Assembly: GCA_937903325.1 (NCBI GenBank) | Contig: CALCZR010000058.1 | Coordinates: forward strand, 1,034-65,033 | Source of the DNA: an uncultured Candidatus Saccharibacteria bacterium | Lineage (GTDB): Bacteria > Patescibacteriota > Saccharimonadia > Saccharimonadales > AWTP1-31 | Reading direction: 5' to 3' | Length of the DNA: 64,000 nt | Shown: positions 36,836 to 45,004 of the stretch, one piece after another | Layout of the letters: each line of letters starts with the position of its first letter | Position numbering within the stretch: position 1 is the first letter of the stretch | The notes under the pieces: model-generated | Told to the model about the DNA's origin: nothing | What the model saw: the letters and a program-made list of their open reading frames with translations, nothing else | Databases searched by the model: none | Translations under genes and position numbers: made by a program

Positions 36836-38571
36836 CCAATCCTATGACACTAGTCCGCGACTGGAAGAAACAGCGCGACGAACGACCCAAAGAATTAAGC
36901 CTGCTGTTTGGCGAGCAAGATACGACTGATTTGTTCTCCTACGCTGGACTAGAAGAACAGGCAGATTACTTATGCATTGACGGAACCTATGTCCGTACGC
37001 TATTCATTTCGGGCTATCCGTTCGTGGCAAATAGTGGCTGGCTCGATTCATTGGTCAACTTCAACCATGATGTCGATATCACGCATCACATCCACGAAGT
37101 AAATGCCCTGCAAGCATTGCCTAAGTTGCATCGTAAGATTACTGAGCTAGAAAGCACTAAACGCCAAATGATTCGGTCGGGTAAGATCGTAGGGTCTGAG
37201 ATTACCGATCCGCTTGATTCAGCCATGGAGCTACGCGACAAGATTCAGCGCGGCCAAGAAAAGTTGTTTCAAGTTTCAATCTCGGTAGCACTCCGAGCCA
37301 AAACACTACTGGAGCTCGACAAGATCACTAAGATGCTCGAAACAACGCTATCTGCACGGTTGTTCTATACCAAAGTAGCTCGCTACCAACAGCTCGAAGC
37401 CCTACAAACGGTACTTCCTAGAGGTGAAGATCAACTCAGCCAGAAACGAAACCTCGATAGTAGTTCGGCGGCCTTAACCTTTCCGTTCATGTCTTCAGAG
37501 TTAGTGCACGAATCAGGCATTCTGTATGGAGTAAACAATTCCAATAACTCACTAGTGATTCTTGATCGTTTCAGCTTACATAATGCCAACTCCATCACTT
37601 TTGCACAATCTGGTTCAGGTAAAAGCTACACGACTAAAGTTGAGATCCTGCGTCAGCTTATGCACGGCACTAAAGTAATCGTGATTGACCCCGAACGCGA
37701 ATATAAAAACCTCACGGAGTCAGTCGGCGGTACATACATCAAGCTATCTACCAGAAGCAAAGAAAAGATTAACCCCTTTGATCTTGCCTCGACATTTCAT
37801 ACCAAGAAAGACCTCTCCGAACACATCCAAGATTTGACGGAAGTAATTAGTCTGATGGCCGAGGGGCTCGACAAGCGCGAAAAGGCAGCCGTAGACAAGG
37901 CCATTCTGAAAATATATGAGGAAAGCGACCAAGGTGAGCAGCCACTGCTACAGGATCTGTACGCCGAACTGCGAGAACTTGGTCAACTTCAACTTAGTGA
38001 AAGACTAGAGAAATATATCAGCGGCTCATTGGCCGGTGTATTCAACACTGCAACCAACATTAGACTCACCAACCGGCTGATTGTTTTCGACATTAAGGAT
38101 ATGCCAAATAATCTGCGTCCAATCATGATGCTTATTATCTCTAACTTTGTGCAAAACCAAGTTAAAGCTAAGCCGGAGAAACGGCTGCTGGTCATTGACG
38201 AGGGCTGGCTACTGCTTGAGCATGAAGAAAGTGCGCGGTTTGTCGCTGGCCTCGTTCGTCGTGCTCGAAAGTACTACTTAGGCGTTGCCATCATATCTCA
38301 GCAAGCCAATGACTTCTTGCACAGCGACTATGGCCGAGCCATTGCTTCGCAAAGTGCCCTGCGTATTCTGATGCGACAAGACACCACCACTATTAAGAAT
38401 GTGGTAAGCGAGTTTAGTCTGAGTGGTTTTGAGGAAAATTACTTATTAACCTGCGGTAGAGGCGAGGCACTGATTATTGCTGACCAAAATCATGTAGCAG
38501 TCACCGTCAAAGCTAGTAACAAAGAGCATCCACTCATTACGACCGATCCGGCAGAAGTCTTTAGCCCATGA
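36832..38571 (+). CDS. VirB4-like T4SS ATPase (C-terminal ATPase part)
   Basis: Walker A QSGSGKSYTTK, Walker B LLVIDEGW, IISQQ motif. ATGA overlap with the previous ORF and its own AAGGAGG RBS. Confidence 0.88.
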   Translation: MTNPMTLVRDWKKQRDERPKELSLLFGEQDTTDLFSYAGLEEQADYLCIDGTYVRTLFISGYPFVANSGWLDSLVNFNHDVDITHHIHEVNALQALPKLHRKITELESTKRQMIRSGKIVGSEITDPLDSAMELRDKIQRGQEKLFQVSISVALRAKTLLELDKITKMLETTLSARLFYTKVARYQQLEALQTVLPRGEDQLSQKRNLDSSSAALTFPFMSSELVHESGILYGVNNSNNSLVILDRFSLHNANSITFAQSGSGKSYTTKVEILRQLMHGTKVIVIDPEREYKNLTESVGGTYIKLSTRSKEKINPFDLASTFHTKKDLSEHIQDLTEVISLMAEGLDKREKAAVDKAILKIYEESDQGEQPLLQDLYAELRELGQLQLSERLEKYISGSLAGVFNTATNIRLTNRLIVFDIKDMPNNLRPIMMLIISNFVQNQVKAKPEKRLLVIDEGWLLLEHEESARFVAGLVRRARKYYLGVAIISQQANDFLHSDYGRAIASQSALRILMRQDTTTIKNVVSEFSLSGFEENYLLTCGRGEALIIADQNHVAVTVKASNKEHPLITTDPAEVFSP

Positions 38572-39155
38572 GCCCTGTACTTCTCCTAACGTTTTCAGGA
38601 AGCATCAAAAAGCACTTCTGGGTCGCTATGGCGACACTGGTGGTTCTAGTATCCATGCCTATGATCGTTGTCATTTCGTTTGGGCAGAACGTACTGCAAT
38701 ATTTATCTGGTAGTGGCGCGGAAACTACTTACGCCATATCAACCGAAGTACAAGGGTTCTACGAAGGCCCAGAAGTTGCTGGCGATACCTACGAGTGGGG
38801 TAACTGCACGTATTGGGCTTACGCGCTACGCCTTAAAGATGGCCATCCCATTCCGACCACATGGGGCAATGCTAACACTTGGGATGACGGCGCACTGCGA
38901 GATGGATACGAAGTAAATAGCACGCCAGAAGTAGGAGCAATTTTCCAGACAGACGAAGGCAAATGGGGGCACGTAGCCTACGTCAGCGAAGTTAATGACA
39001 GTACTGGCGAGTGGAAGATATCTGAGATGAACGTAAAAGGTCGCAATGTTGTCAGTAGCCGTACGTTTGCCGCTAGCTCAGCTAAGTATTTCAACTTTAT
39101 TCATTACAAAATAGGAGACATAGCATGGAACTTCCAGCCTACGTTGCTATTGTAA
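38568..39155 (+). CDS. CHAP-domain peptidoglycan hydrolase (VirB1 functional analogue)
   Basis: N-terminal TM anchor, catalytic GNCTYWAY (Cys) and WGHVAYV (His). Confidence 0.8.
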   Translation: MSPVLLLTFSGSIKKHFWVAMATLVVLVSMPMIVVISFGQNVLQYLSGSGAETTYAISTEVQGFYEGPEVAGDTYEWGNCTYWAYALRLKDGHPIPTTWGNANTWDDGALRDGYEVNSTPEVGAIFQTDEGKWGHVAYVSEVNDSTGEWKISEMNVKGRNVVSSRTFAASSAKYFNFIHYKIGDIAWNFQPTLLL

Positions 39156-41707
39156 TGCACTACTGTTTGGTAGTGGTAATAACTTTTGGGGTACTGCTGG
39201 CAGTATATGGACTCTTCGTCGCAGTACGTCTATATCTCAACCGCAAATACCTTAAGAACCGTGAGCTTATCTGGCTAGAACTTACACCGCCAGCCACGCT
39301 TGAGAAAACACCAGAATCAACAACGCAACTTTTTTCGGTTATACATGGTTTGCGCACTGCCCGCTCTTTCAAAGATCATGTACTTAACCGTGCACCGGTA
39401 CTTGATTTTGAGATTGTATCCTCCAAGCAGGAGGGTATTCGTTATCTGGTTTGTATAGAACGGTCATGGTCAGACGTTCTCCAAAAAGCTGTAGCTGCCT
39501 ATATCCCCGATGCTAAAGTACGACCTACAGAATACACACCGTCACCGACTCAAGCCCTTATCGAGTTTAAGCAGCAACAGCATTACGTTCTGCCACTTAC
39601 CACGCCACGTAACTTCGAACAACACGACCCCTTGTCGTATGTGACGGCGGCAATGACAAAATTGAGTGATGATGAACAATTAACCATGCAACTTGTCATC
39701 ACGCCCGTAAAGCTCAGTGAAGCTACTCGGCTCTCCAAACGCATTAGGAGTAATGAAGATATCCTCCAGAAAGTTTCGCACGGGGGTATTTCCCGAATTA
39801 GTAAAGTCAGCGGCATGGTTGGTAGTGGCCTGCTGAATATGACGGATGCTATTGGCGAAACCTACCATGGGTCAACCTCCGCATATAAGCACAACGCATC
39901 GAGTCGAGATGCCGCTTTTCAGACCCAAGTACAGAAGCGCCAACGACCGGCTCGAACGCTGAGCGCCTTTGAGTTGGAGCTCATGGAGTCTATGAACCAA
40001 AAGGTCTCACAGCAACTGTTCCAGGTAAGCCTACGGATTATGACCAATGGCCAGCAAGCACACAGACAGCTTGCCGCTCTCAGGTCAGCACTGGATGGCT
40101 ACTCCATGCCACCGTACCAAGCACTAAAAGCAAAGCTACGTCTTCCACTGTTTGATGAATATCACAAAAGGTTGGCCAACAAACGACTACCAAATCTATC
40201 TCGGAAACGATCCCTAATCCTATCTGCAACCGAAGTTGCCAGCCTATATCACTTTCCGTCAACTCGAATCAGTAAAACAGATAATCTCGTCACCTCACTG
40301 AGCCGTACGCTCCCAGCTCCCATATCCCTGAAGAATAATCCTCAGCTCGATGTTATCTTGGGCGAGAATACTCACCGTGATGTTCATACACCGATTGGTT
40401 TGACTGCCGCTGAACGAGAGCGCCACATCTACATTATTGGTGGCACGGGTAACGGCAAGACCACCATGCTTCAATATGGCATCGTACAAGACATGCAGAA
40501 CGGTAAGGGACTGGCTGTTGTTGATCCCCATGGAGATATGGCCGAAACATTATTACGGCACGTGCCGGAGCACCGAATTAAAGATGTCGTGTACTTCAAC
40601 CCTGACGACATCGAACGACCAATAGGCATGAATCTCCTTGAGATCCCAGATGGTTTAAATGAGGATCAGAAAAACAAGGAAAAGGATCTTGTTACCGAAT
40701 CTCTTGTCTCCGTTTTCCGCAAAATCTTCTCCGAAGAAGATACCGGTGGTCACCGTATCGAATATGTCCTACGTAGTACGATTCAGACAGCCTTAACTGT
40801 TAAAGATGCAACAATCTTTACGATCTTTGAACTCCTCAATGATCCCGTGTATAGAACAAAGGTGGTCGCCAAACTCGATAATAAGCACCTCATCAACTTC
40901 TGGAAACACGAGCTTGGCAAAGCCGGAGACATGCAAAAGGTAAAAATGGCAGCCGGTATCACTGCTAAGATCGGCCGCTTCCTGTTCTCGGATAGTGCTA
41001 AGCGTGTTCTAGAGCAACCGAAATCAACTATAAACTTCGAGGAGATCATAGATGAAGGTAAGATCCTTATCTGCAACTTCTCGAAAGGGCTCATCGGTGA
41101 AGATACATCCGAGCTGTTCGGTATTACCGTTTTAGCCAAGCTCCAACTAGCCAGCTTACGACGTGCCCGCGTACGTCAGGGCACTCGTAAACCATTCTAT
41201 TTGTATGTTGACGAGTTCCAGAACTTTGCTACTCAATCATTCGTCCAAATGCTGAGCGAGTCACGTAAATATAAGTTATTCCTGACCATGGCCGAGCAGT
41301 CTACCTCCCAACAGAAAGATCAACGCATGGTGCAAATTGTACTTGCCAATGTGGGGACAATCCTGTGCTTCAGAACTGGTAATCCAGCGGACGAGAAGCT
41401 TCTGCTACCACTCTTTAGCCCATACATTAATGAGGGTGAAATATCCAACCAGCCGCCATTCAACTTCTATGCACGCTTTGCCTCAACAATCTCCCAGGAA
41501 CCGCTGTCTGGCAATACCATTGTTCTAGAGAGCGATGGTGATGAAACGATAGCCGAAAAAGTACGCAAAGCATCCCGAGCCACCTACGGTAACGACCCCT
41601 TGCCACAAGAAAAGCCTAGGAAAACAGCCAGCTCTGGAGACAAAGCAAAGTCGAATAACCAACGCAAAAAGACAGCGCAAGGCGACCCAGAAGATACACG
41701 CAACTAA
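39125..41707 (+). CDS. type IV coupling protein (VirD4/TraD-like ATPase) with a long N-terminal extension
   Basis: N-terminal TM, Walker A IIGGTGNGKTT, VVDPHGD, Walker B YLYVDEFQNF. An alternative ATG at 39155 overlaps the CHAP stop (TAATG). Confidence 0.8.
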   Translation: MELPAYVAIVMHYCLVVVITFGVLLAVYGLFVAVRLYLNRKYLKNRELIWLELTPPATLEKTPESTTQLFSVIHGLRTARSFKDHVLNRAPVLDFEIVSSKQEGIRYLVCIERSWSDVLQKAVAAYIPDAKVRPTEYTPSPTQALIEFKQQQHYVLPLTTPRNFEQHDPLSYVTAAMTKLSDDEQLTMQLVITPVKLSEATRLSKRIRSNEDILQKVSHGGISRISKVSGMVGSGLLNMTDAIGETYHGSTSAYKHNASSRDAAFQTQVQKRQRPARTLSAFELELMESMNQKVSQQLFQVSLRIMTNGQQAHRQLAALRSALDGYSMPPYQALKAKLRLPLFDEYHKRLANKRLPNLSRKRSLILSATEVASLYHFPSTRISKTDNLVTSLSRTLPAPISLKNNPQLDVILGENTHRDVHTPIGLTAAERERHIYIIGGTGNGKTTMLQYGIVQDMQNGKGLAVVDPHGDMAETLLRHVPEHRIKDVVYFNPDDIERPIGMNLLEIPDGLNEDQKNKEKDLVTESLVSVFRKIFSEEDTGGHRIEYVLRSTIQTALTVKDATIFTIFELLNDPVYRTKVVAKLDNKHLINFWKHELGKAGDMQKVKMAAGITAKIGRFLFSDSAKRVLEQPKSTINFEEIIDEGKILICNFSKGLIGEDTSELFGITVLAKLQLASLRRARVRQGTRKPFYLYVDEFQNFATQSFVQMLSESRKYKLFLTMAEQSTSQQKDQRMVQIVLANVGTILCFRTGNPADEKLLLPLFSPYINEGEISNQPPFNFYARFASTISQEPLSGNTIVLESDGDETIAEKVRKASRATYGNDPLPQEKPRKTASSGDKAKSNNQRKKTAQGDPEDTRN

Positions 41708-41727
41708 GAGATGGTACAATAAACTTA

Positions 41728-41940
41728 ATGAGCGACAGAGAACTAAAACAACTTGGCAATAGGATACGCGAAGTCCGTAAGAAGCGAGGGTTAACGCAAC
41801 TTGAAGTTGCTAACTTAGCAGATACCAGCTCCAACTACTTTGCTGAGATTGAGCGAGGCCAAGCCAACCCGTCCTACTCTATGCTGACAGCAATCGCAAA
41901 AGCACTCAAAGTTAAGCTGAGTGATCTAATCCCTTCTTAG
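41728..41940 (+). CDS. XRE family helix-turn-helix transcriptional regulator
   Basis: IREVRKKRGLTQLEVANLADTSSNYFAEIERG is a classic Cro/C1 HTH. Confidence 0.85.
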   Translation: MSDRELKQLGNRIREVRKKRGLTQLEVANLADTSSNYFAEIERGQANPSYSMLTAIAKALKVKLSDLIPS

Positions 41941-41996
41941 AAGCACCTCAATAAGCTTAATTAACAGAGTAGCCGTATTTTTGCTATACTTTATTC

Positions 41997-42686
41997 ATGA
42001 AATCTGTTGGAGTAATTGGCGGACTTGGTCCTGAAACAACTGCTGAGTTTTACTTGGAAGTCATTTTTCAGTGTCAAAAACGAGATGATAAGCAGCGCCC
42101 TTTAATCGTTATATCTAGCGTACCACTTCTTTTTGAAATCGAAAGAGATCTCATTGAGTCCAATACGGGCAAAGAGCGCTACATTCCGTTTCTAATAGAA
42201 GAGGCGAAGCGACTCGAAAAAAGCGGGGTCGATTTTTTGGTCATGCCCTGCAACTCGCTCCATGTTTTCATAAACGAAATCAGGAGTGCAGTTAGTATTC
42301 CTGTACTAAGCATAGTTGAAGAGACGGCCAAATATCTTAAAAAGCAGGGCTTCGGCAAAGTCGGGCTTATATCAACCTCGGCTACTGTTGCAAACAACGT
42401 CTACGAGAGCAAATTACGGGATGAAGGCATCGAGTACGTTACGCCAGATGACCTGCAACGAGCCAAAATGGATAAAATCATCCAGAGGCTCATAAATGGT
42501 CAGCACCTCAACCAAGATAGGGAGCTGATACTCGAGGTCGTCAAAGGTCTATCAACACAAGACGTAGATAGTGTCGCCTTAGCATGTACCGATCTACAGC
42601 TTCTACTTCCAAGTAGTAGCGAAGTACCGATTTTTGACACGATGAAAGTCTTAGCAGAAAGTACCGTTGACACCATTCTCTCGTAG
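41997..42686 (+). CDS. aspartate/glutamate racemase family protein (aspartate racemase-like)
   Basis: GGLGPETT, and catalytic Cys motifs MPCNSLH and LACTDL. Confidence 0.8.
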   Translation: MKSVGVIGGLGPETTAEFYLEVIFQCQKRDDKQRPLIVISSVPLLFEIERDLIESNTGKERYIPFLIEEAKRLEKSGVDFLVMPCNSLHVFINEIRSAVSIPVLSIVEETAKYLKKQGFGKVGLISTSATVANNVYESKLRDEGIEYVTPDDLQRAKMDKIIQRLINGQHLNQDRELILEVVKGLSTQDVDSVALACTDLQLLLPSSSEVPIFDTMKVLAESTVDTILS

Positions 42687-42712
42687 AGCAATGGAATTGG
42701 TATAGATACATT

Positions 42713-43357
42713 ATGAAACTCTATCTATCGTCTTACCGCATGGGCAATCACACTGAGGAACTTAAGAAGCTTGTCGGCAAAGCTAATGCTAAAGTTGCGG
42801 TGTGTGTTAACGCCAGTGATGGTTCGGATGACGTTGAACGCAAAGCAGAGGGGCTTGCCCGGGAGCTTGAGGACATGAGAAGTCTCGGCTTTGAGGCCGA
42901 GCAACTAGACTTGCGTGAGTACTTTGGCAAAAGTGGACTTGCCGAAAAGATGAAATCCTACGATCTGATCTGGGTTAGGGGTGGCAATACATTCCTGCTT
43001 GCCAAAGCATTTCGGCAGAGTGGTTTTGATAAAGTCTTTGCCGACCAAGTTGTATCTGGTGGGCTCGTATATGCTGGATACAGTGCTGCATTCTGCGTAC
43101 TTAATACTTCCTTGCGTGGCGTAGAACTTGTTGATGACAAAGACGCTCAAGCCGAAGGCTACGAGCCTGGTGAGATCTGGGAAGGGTTAGGTGTCATAGA
43201 CTTTTATCCGATAGTGCACTTTAGGTCAGATCACCATGAGTCTGAGCTTGTTGAGAAAGAATACGAGTTTGTAGTCAAAAACAATATCCCCCACAAGACG
43301 TTCAAAGATGGAGATGTATACCTAGTTAATGGTTCCAAGCAGAGAACACTTTCTTAG
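42713..43357 (+). CDS. peptidase S51 / peptidase E-like protein (second paralogue)
   Basis: IWVRGGNTFLL and AGYSAA (nucleophile Ser) motifs. Confidence 0.7.
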   Translation: MKLYLSSYRMGNHTEELKKLVGKANAKVAVCVNASDGSDDVERKAEGLARELEDMRSLGFEAEQLDLREYFGKSGLAEKMKSYDLIWVRGGNTFLLAKAFRQSGFDKVFADQVVSGGLVYAGYSAAFCVLNTSLRGVELVDDKDAQAEGYEPGEIWEGLGVIDFYPIVHFRSDHHESELVEKEYEFVVKNNIPHKTFKDGDVYLVNGSKQRTLS

Positions 43358-43391
43358 TTGCGATAGGCTGCCTACTAGTTCGTCATAGGGG

Positions 43392-43595
43392 TTAAGACTT
43401 TGTTTCCCTGTACCACTTCTCAAGTAAATCGGGATTGGTATGAGATAGCTCGTGGAAGTTGGCATACATTTCTTCTAGCTTCTTAATAGCCATTTCGGGC
43501 GTGACGGTATCTTCTGGATATACAAGCTTTAGATGTCGAATCATCTTTTCGATATCGGCTTCGTTTAGTTCGTAGTCGTCTGGTAAATCGTTCAT
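43392..43595 (-). CDS. hypothetical small acidic protein
   Basis: 67 aa. Its start lies 1 nt after the upstream PLD-like stop. Confidence 0.5.
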   Translation of the reverse strand: MNDLPDDYELNEADIEKMIRHLKLVYPEDTVTPEMAIKKLEEMYANFHELSHTNPDLLEKWYRETKS

Positions 43596-43596
43596 A

Positions 43597-44076
43597 TTAT
43601 CTCCTAGTATATCTTTTTACATTTATAAACCCTAGTAACTTATCCGCTAACTCAGCGGAGTCCGTGCGCCACATGATCTCACAGCTATCTATTTGTGACA
43701 GGATGTTAAGGCTCCCATTCCATACGATCTCTTTATCAATTACGGCAAGTTTGCGATGATGCCGAGCCGTGTAGAATACCTCCACCCCGATAGACTGTAG
43801 AGCTGCTATCGCATTGAGCGCCTGAACTTCGTATTCCTCATTATGCTCAATAGGATCACGAGTATTGACGATGATCGACACACCTCTGCTACGCAAACGT
43901 GAGAGCAATGGGAATAATGCATTAATTCGGTTCGTTGTGATGAAGGGACACTCAATAACCACTTCGTTTTGAGCAAATCGTAAGTCCTCTTCAAAAGCTC
44001 TGTAGAATGACTCCTGATCGTACATTTGGACATGACCACTAGGTACACTCCTGATGCGTCGAAATATGTTTAGCAT
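43597..44076 (-). CDS. phospholipase D-like (HKD) domain protein, Nuc-type candidate nuclease
   Basis: A single HxK(x)4D motif (HHRKLAVID) followed by NGSLN. About 160 aa, as in single-HKD nucleases. Confidence 0.75.
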   Translation of the reverse strand: MLNIFRRIRSVPSGHVQMYDQESFYRAFEEDLRFAQNEVVIECPFITTNRINALFPLLSRLRSRGVSIIVNTRDPIEHNEEYEVQALNAIAALQSIGVEVFYTARHHRKLAVIDKEIVWNGSLNILSQIDSCEIMWRTDSAELADKLLGFINVKRYTRR

Positions 44077-44231
44077 ACATCGCCCTCCTCGTAGATAAGC
44101 TTGCCATCTATATCGTGTACACCAAGTCTTCTGAGGTTGTGCGCTAAGTCAATAAGTGATTGAATAAGGGTATCTGTTATTTCTAGGTGCTGTGGATAAG
44201 TGTTCGCAACTGCACCCTCCCACCTAGCCAA
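44070..44231 (-). other. 53-codon open frame entering repeat A; candidate displaced native 3' end of the recombinase gene or a small CDS
   Basis: Open from TTG GCT AGG TGG GAG... to a TAA that overlaps the PLD-like ATG (GTATGCTAA). It has the same codon register across GCT AGG as the recombinase ORF across the tRNA. Confidence 0.35.
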
Positions 44232-44233
44232 AC
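44131..44233. repeat. direct repeat copy A, ending in a tRNA-Gln 3'-end-like core (candidate attR)
   Basis: CCCTCCCACCTAGCCA (44215-44230) versus the tRNA CCCTCCGCCCTAGCCA (16708-16723), 14/16 by hand. Roughly three-quarters identical to copy B over about 103 nt, ungapped. Confidence 0.6.
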
Positions 44234-44237
44234 TGAG

Positions 44238-44264
44238 AACCCATCGAAAGATGGGTTTTTTGTT
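44238..44264 (+). terminator. orphan plus-strand intrinsic terminator directly after repeat A
   Basis: AACCCATC-GAAA-GATGGGTT followed by TTTTTTGTTT. No plus-strand gene upstream. Confidence 0.7.
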
Positions 44265-44286
44265 TAGGACAGATCATTCTTATAAT

Positions 44287-44802
44287 CTACTGTGTAGCTT
44301 GTCGAATTCGATCAATTAGACTCAGAACGTCTACAGGTCCGTAGCCATAGCCAGCATCAGAGCTCATACCATCCTGCTTGAATGATGCAGTACCCCAGCC
44401 TCCACTCGGTAGTTGACTGACTATATCTACAGAGCATCTACCATGATCTGCAAATACTGACTGGTTCATTGTGCCACCCAAAGATACCCTAACAATTGTA
44501 GGAGTTTGGGATCCATAAATTGCTGCAGATGCTACTGAAAATATTGGATATTCTAAGCCACTAGCTTCTACTAAACGTTCGGCATCGCCCTCTGGCAACC
44601 ACGGGAAAGGCGCGGTCAGTACGGTAGTTGGATGTTCCGCATTATCGCTGAATCCGCCCATAGGTCCTTGGCGCCAATTACCTAATACGGCTTCATCATA
44701 ACCTTCTCGTCCTATTAGCTCATTACCTAACTCTTGTAGCCCTACTGCTTCTGGGCAAAGACCAATATCTAGCTTTGAAATCACTGTACAGCTCCTAAAC
44801 AA
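44287..44802 (-). CDS. hypothetical protein
   Basis: 171-codon ORF (TTG start, GTG alternative 6 codons in) between the two repeats. No family recognised. Confidence 0.45.
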   Translation of the reverse strand: MFRSCTVISKLDIGLCPEAVGLQELGNELIGREGYDEAVLGNWRQGPMGGFSDNAEHPTTVLTAPFPWLPEGDAERLVEASGLEYPIFSVASAAIYGSQTPTIVRVSLGGTMNQSVFADHGRCSVDIVSQLPSGGWGTASFKQDGMSSDAGYGYGPVDVLSLIDRIRQATQ

Positions 44803-44895
44803 CTTCTTAATATATAGTATTATTCAATAAACAAAATAAAATGTAAAGTCATATCTCTGAATAGTCATGTACTCTCATTGAGTATACTGAAACTC

Positions 44896-44998
44896 CTGAG
44901 CTCGTATGCCAACTTTATAAGTGATTGAACCAGCCTATCTGACACTTCAAAATCTTGTGGAAAAGTGTTCGAATTTACACCCTACCACCTAGCCAAAG
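44896..44998. repeat. direct repeat copy B (more degenerate tRNA 3'-end-like core)
   Basis: GTTCGAAT + TTACA + CCCTACCACCTAGCCA (core 44980-44995, 13/16 to the tRNA end). The frame homologous to copy A is interrupted by TAG. Confidence 0.6.
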
Positions 44999-45004
44999 TA
45001 AAAC

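Larger units (their letters stand above)
16724..44230. mobile_element. putative integrative conjugative element (about 27.5 kb) inserted at the 3' end of tRNA-Gln
   Basis: Serine recombinase at the tRNA junction, Replic_Relax, DUF3768, a complete Gram-positive-type T4SS with coupling protein, and a tRNA 3'-end-like repeat with a displaced terminator at the far end. Confidence 0.45.

Noticed and set aside
44180-44233. Repeats A and B (also 44945-44998) as genuine tRNA genes or tRNA halves. They contain GTTCGAAT-like and CCA-ending segments.
   Set aside because: No cloverleaf can be folded. There is no anticodon arm, a 5-nt insertion sits between the T-loop-like and acceptor-like parts, and the acceptor-equivalent bases would not pair. 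They are better explained as att-type remnants.
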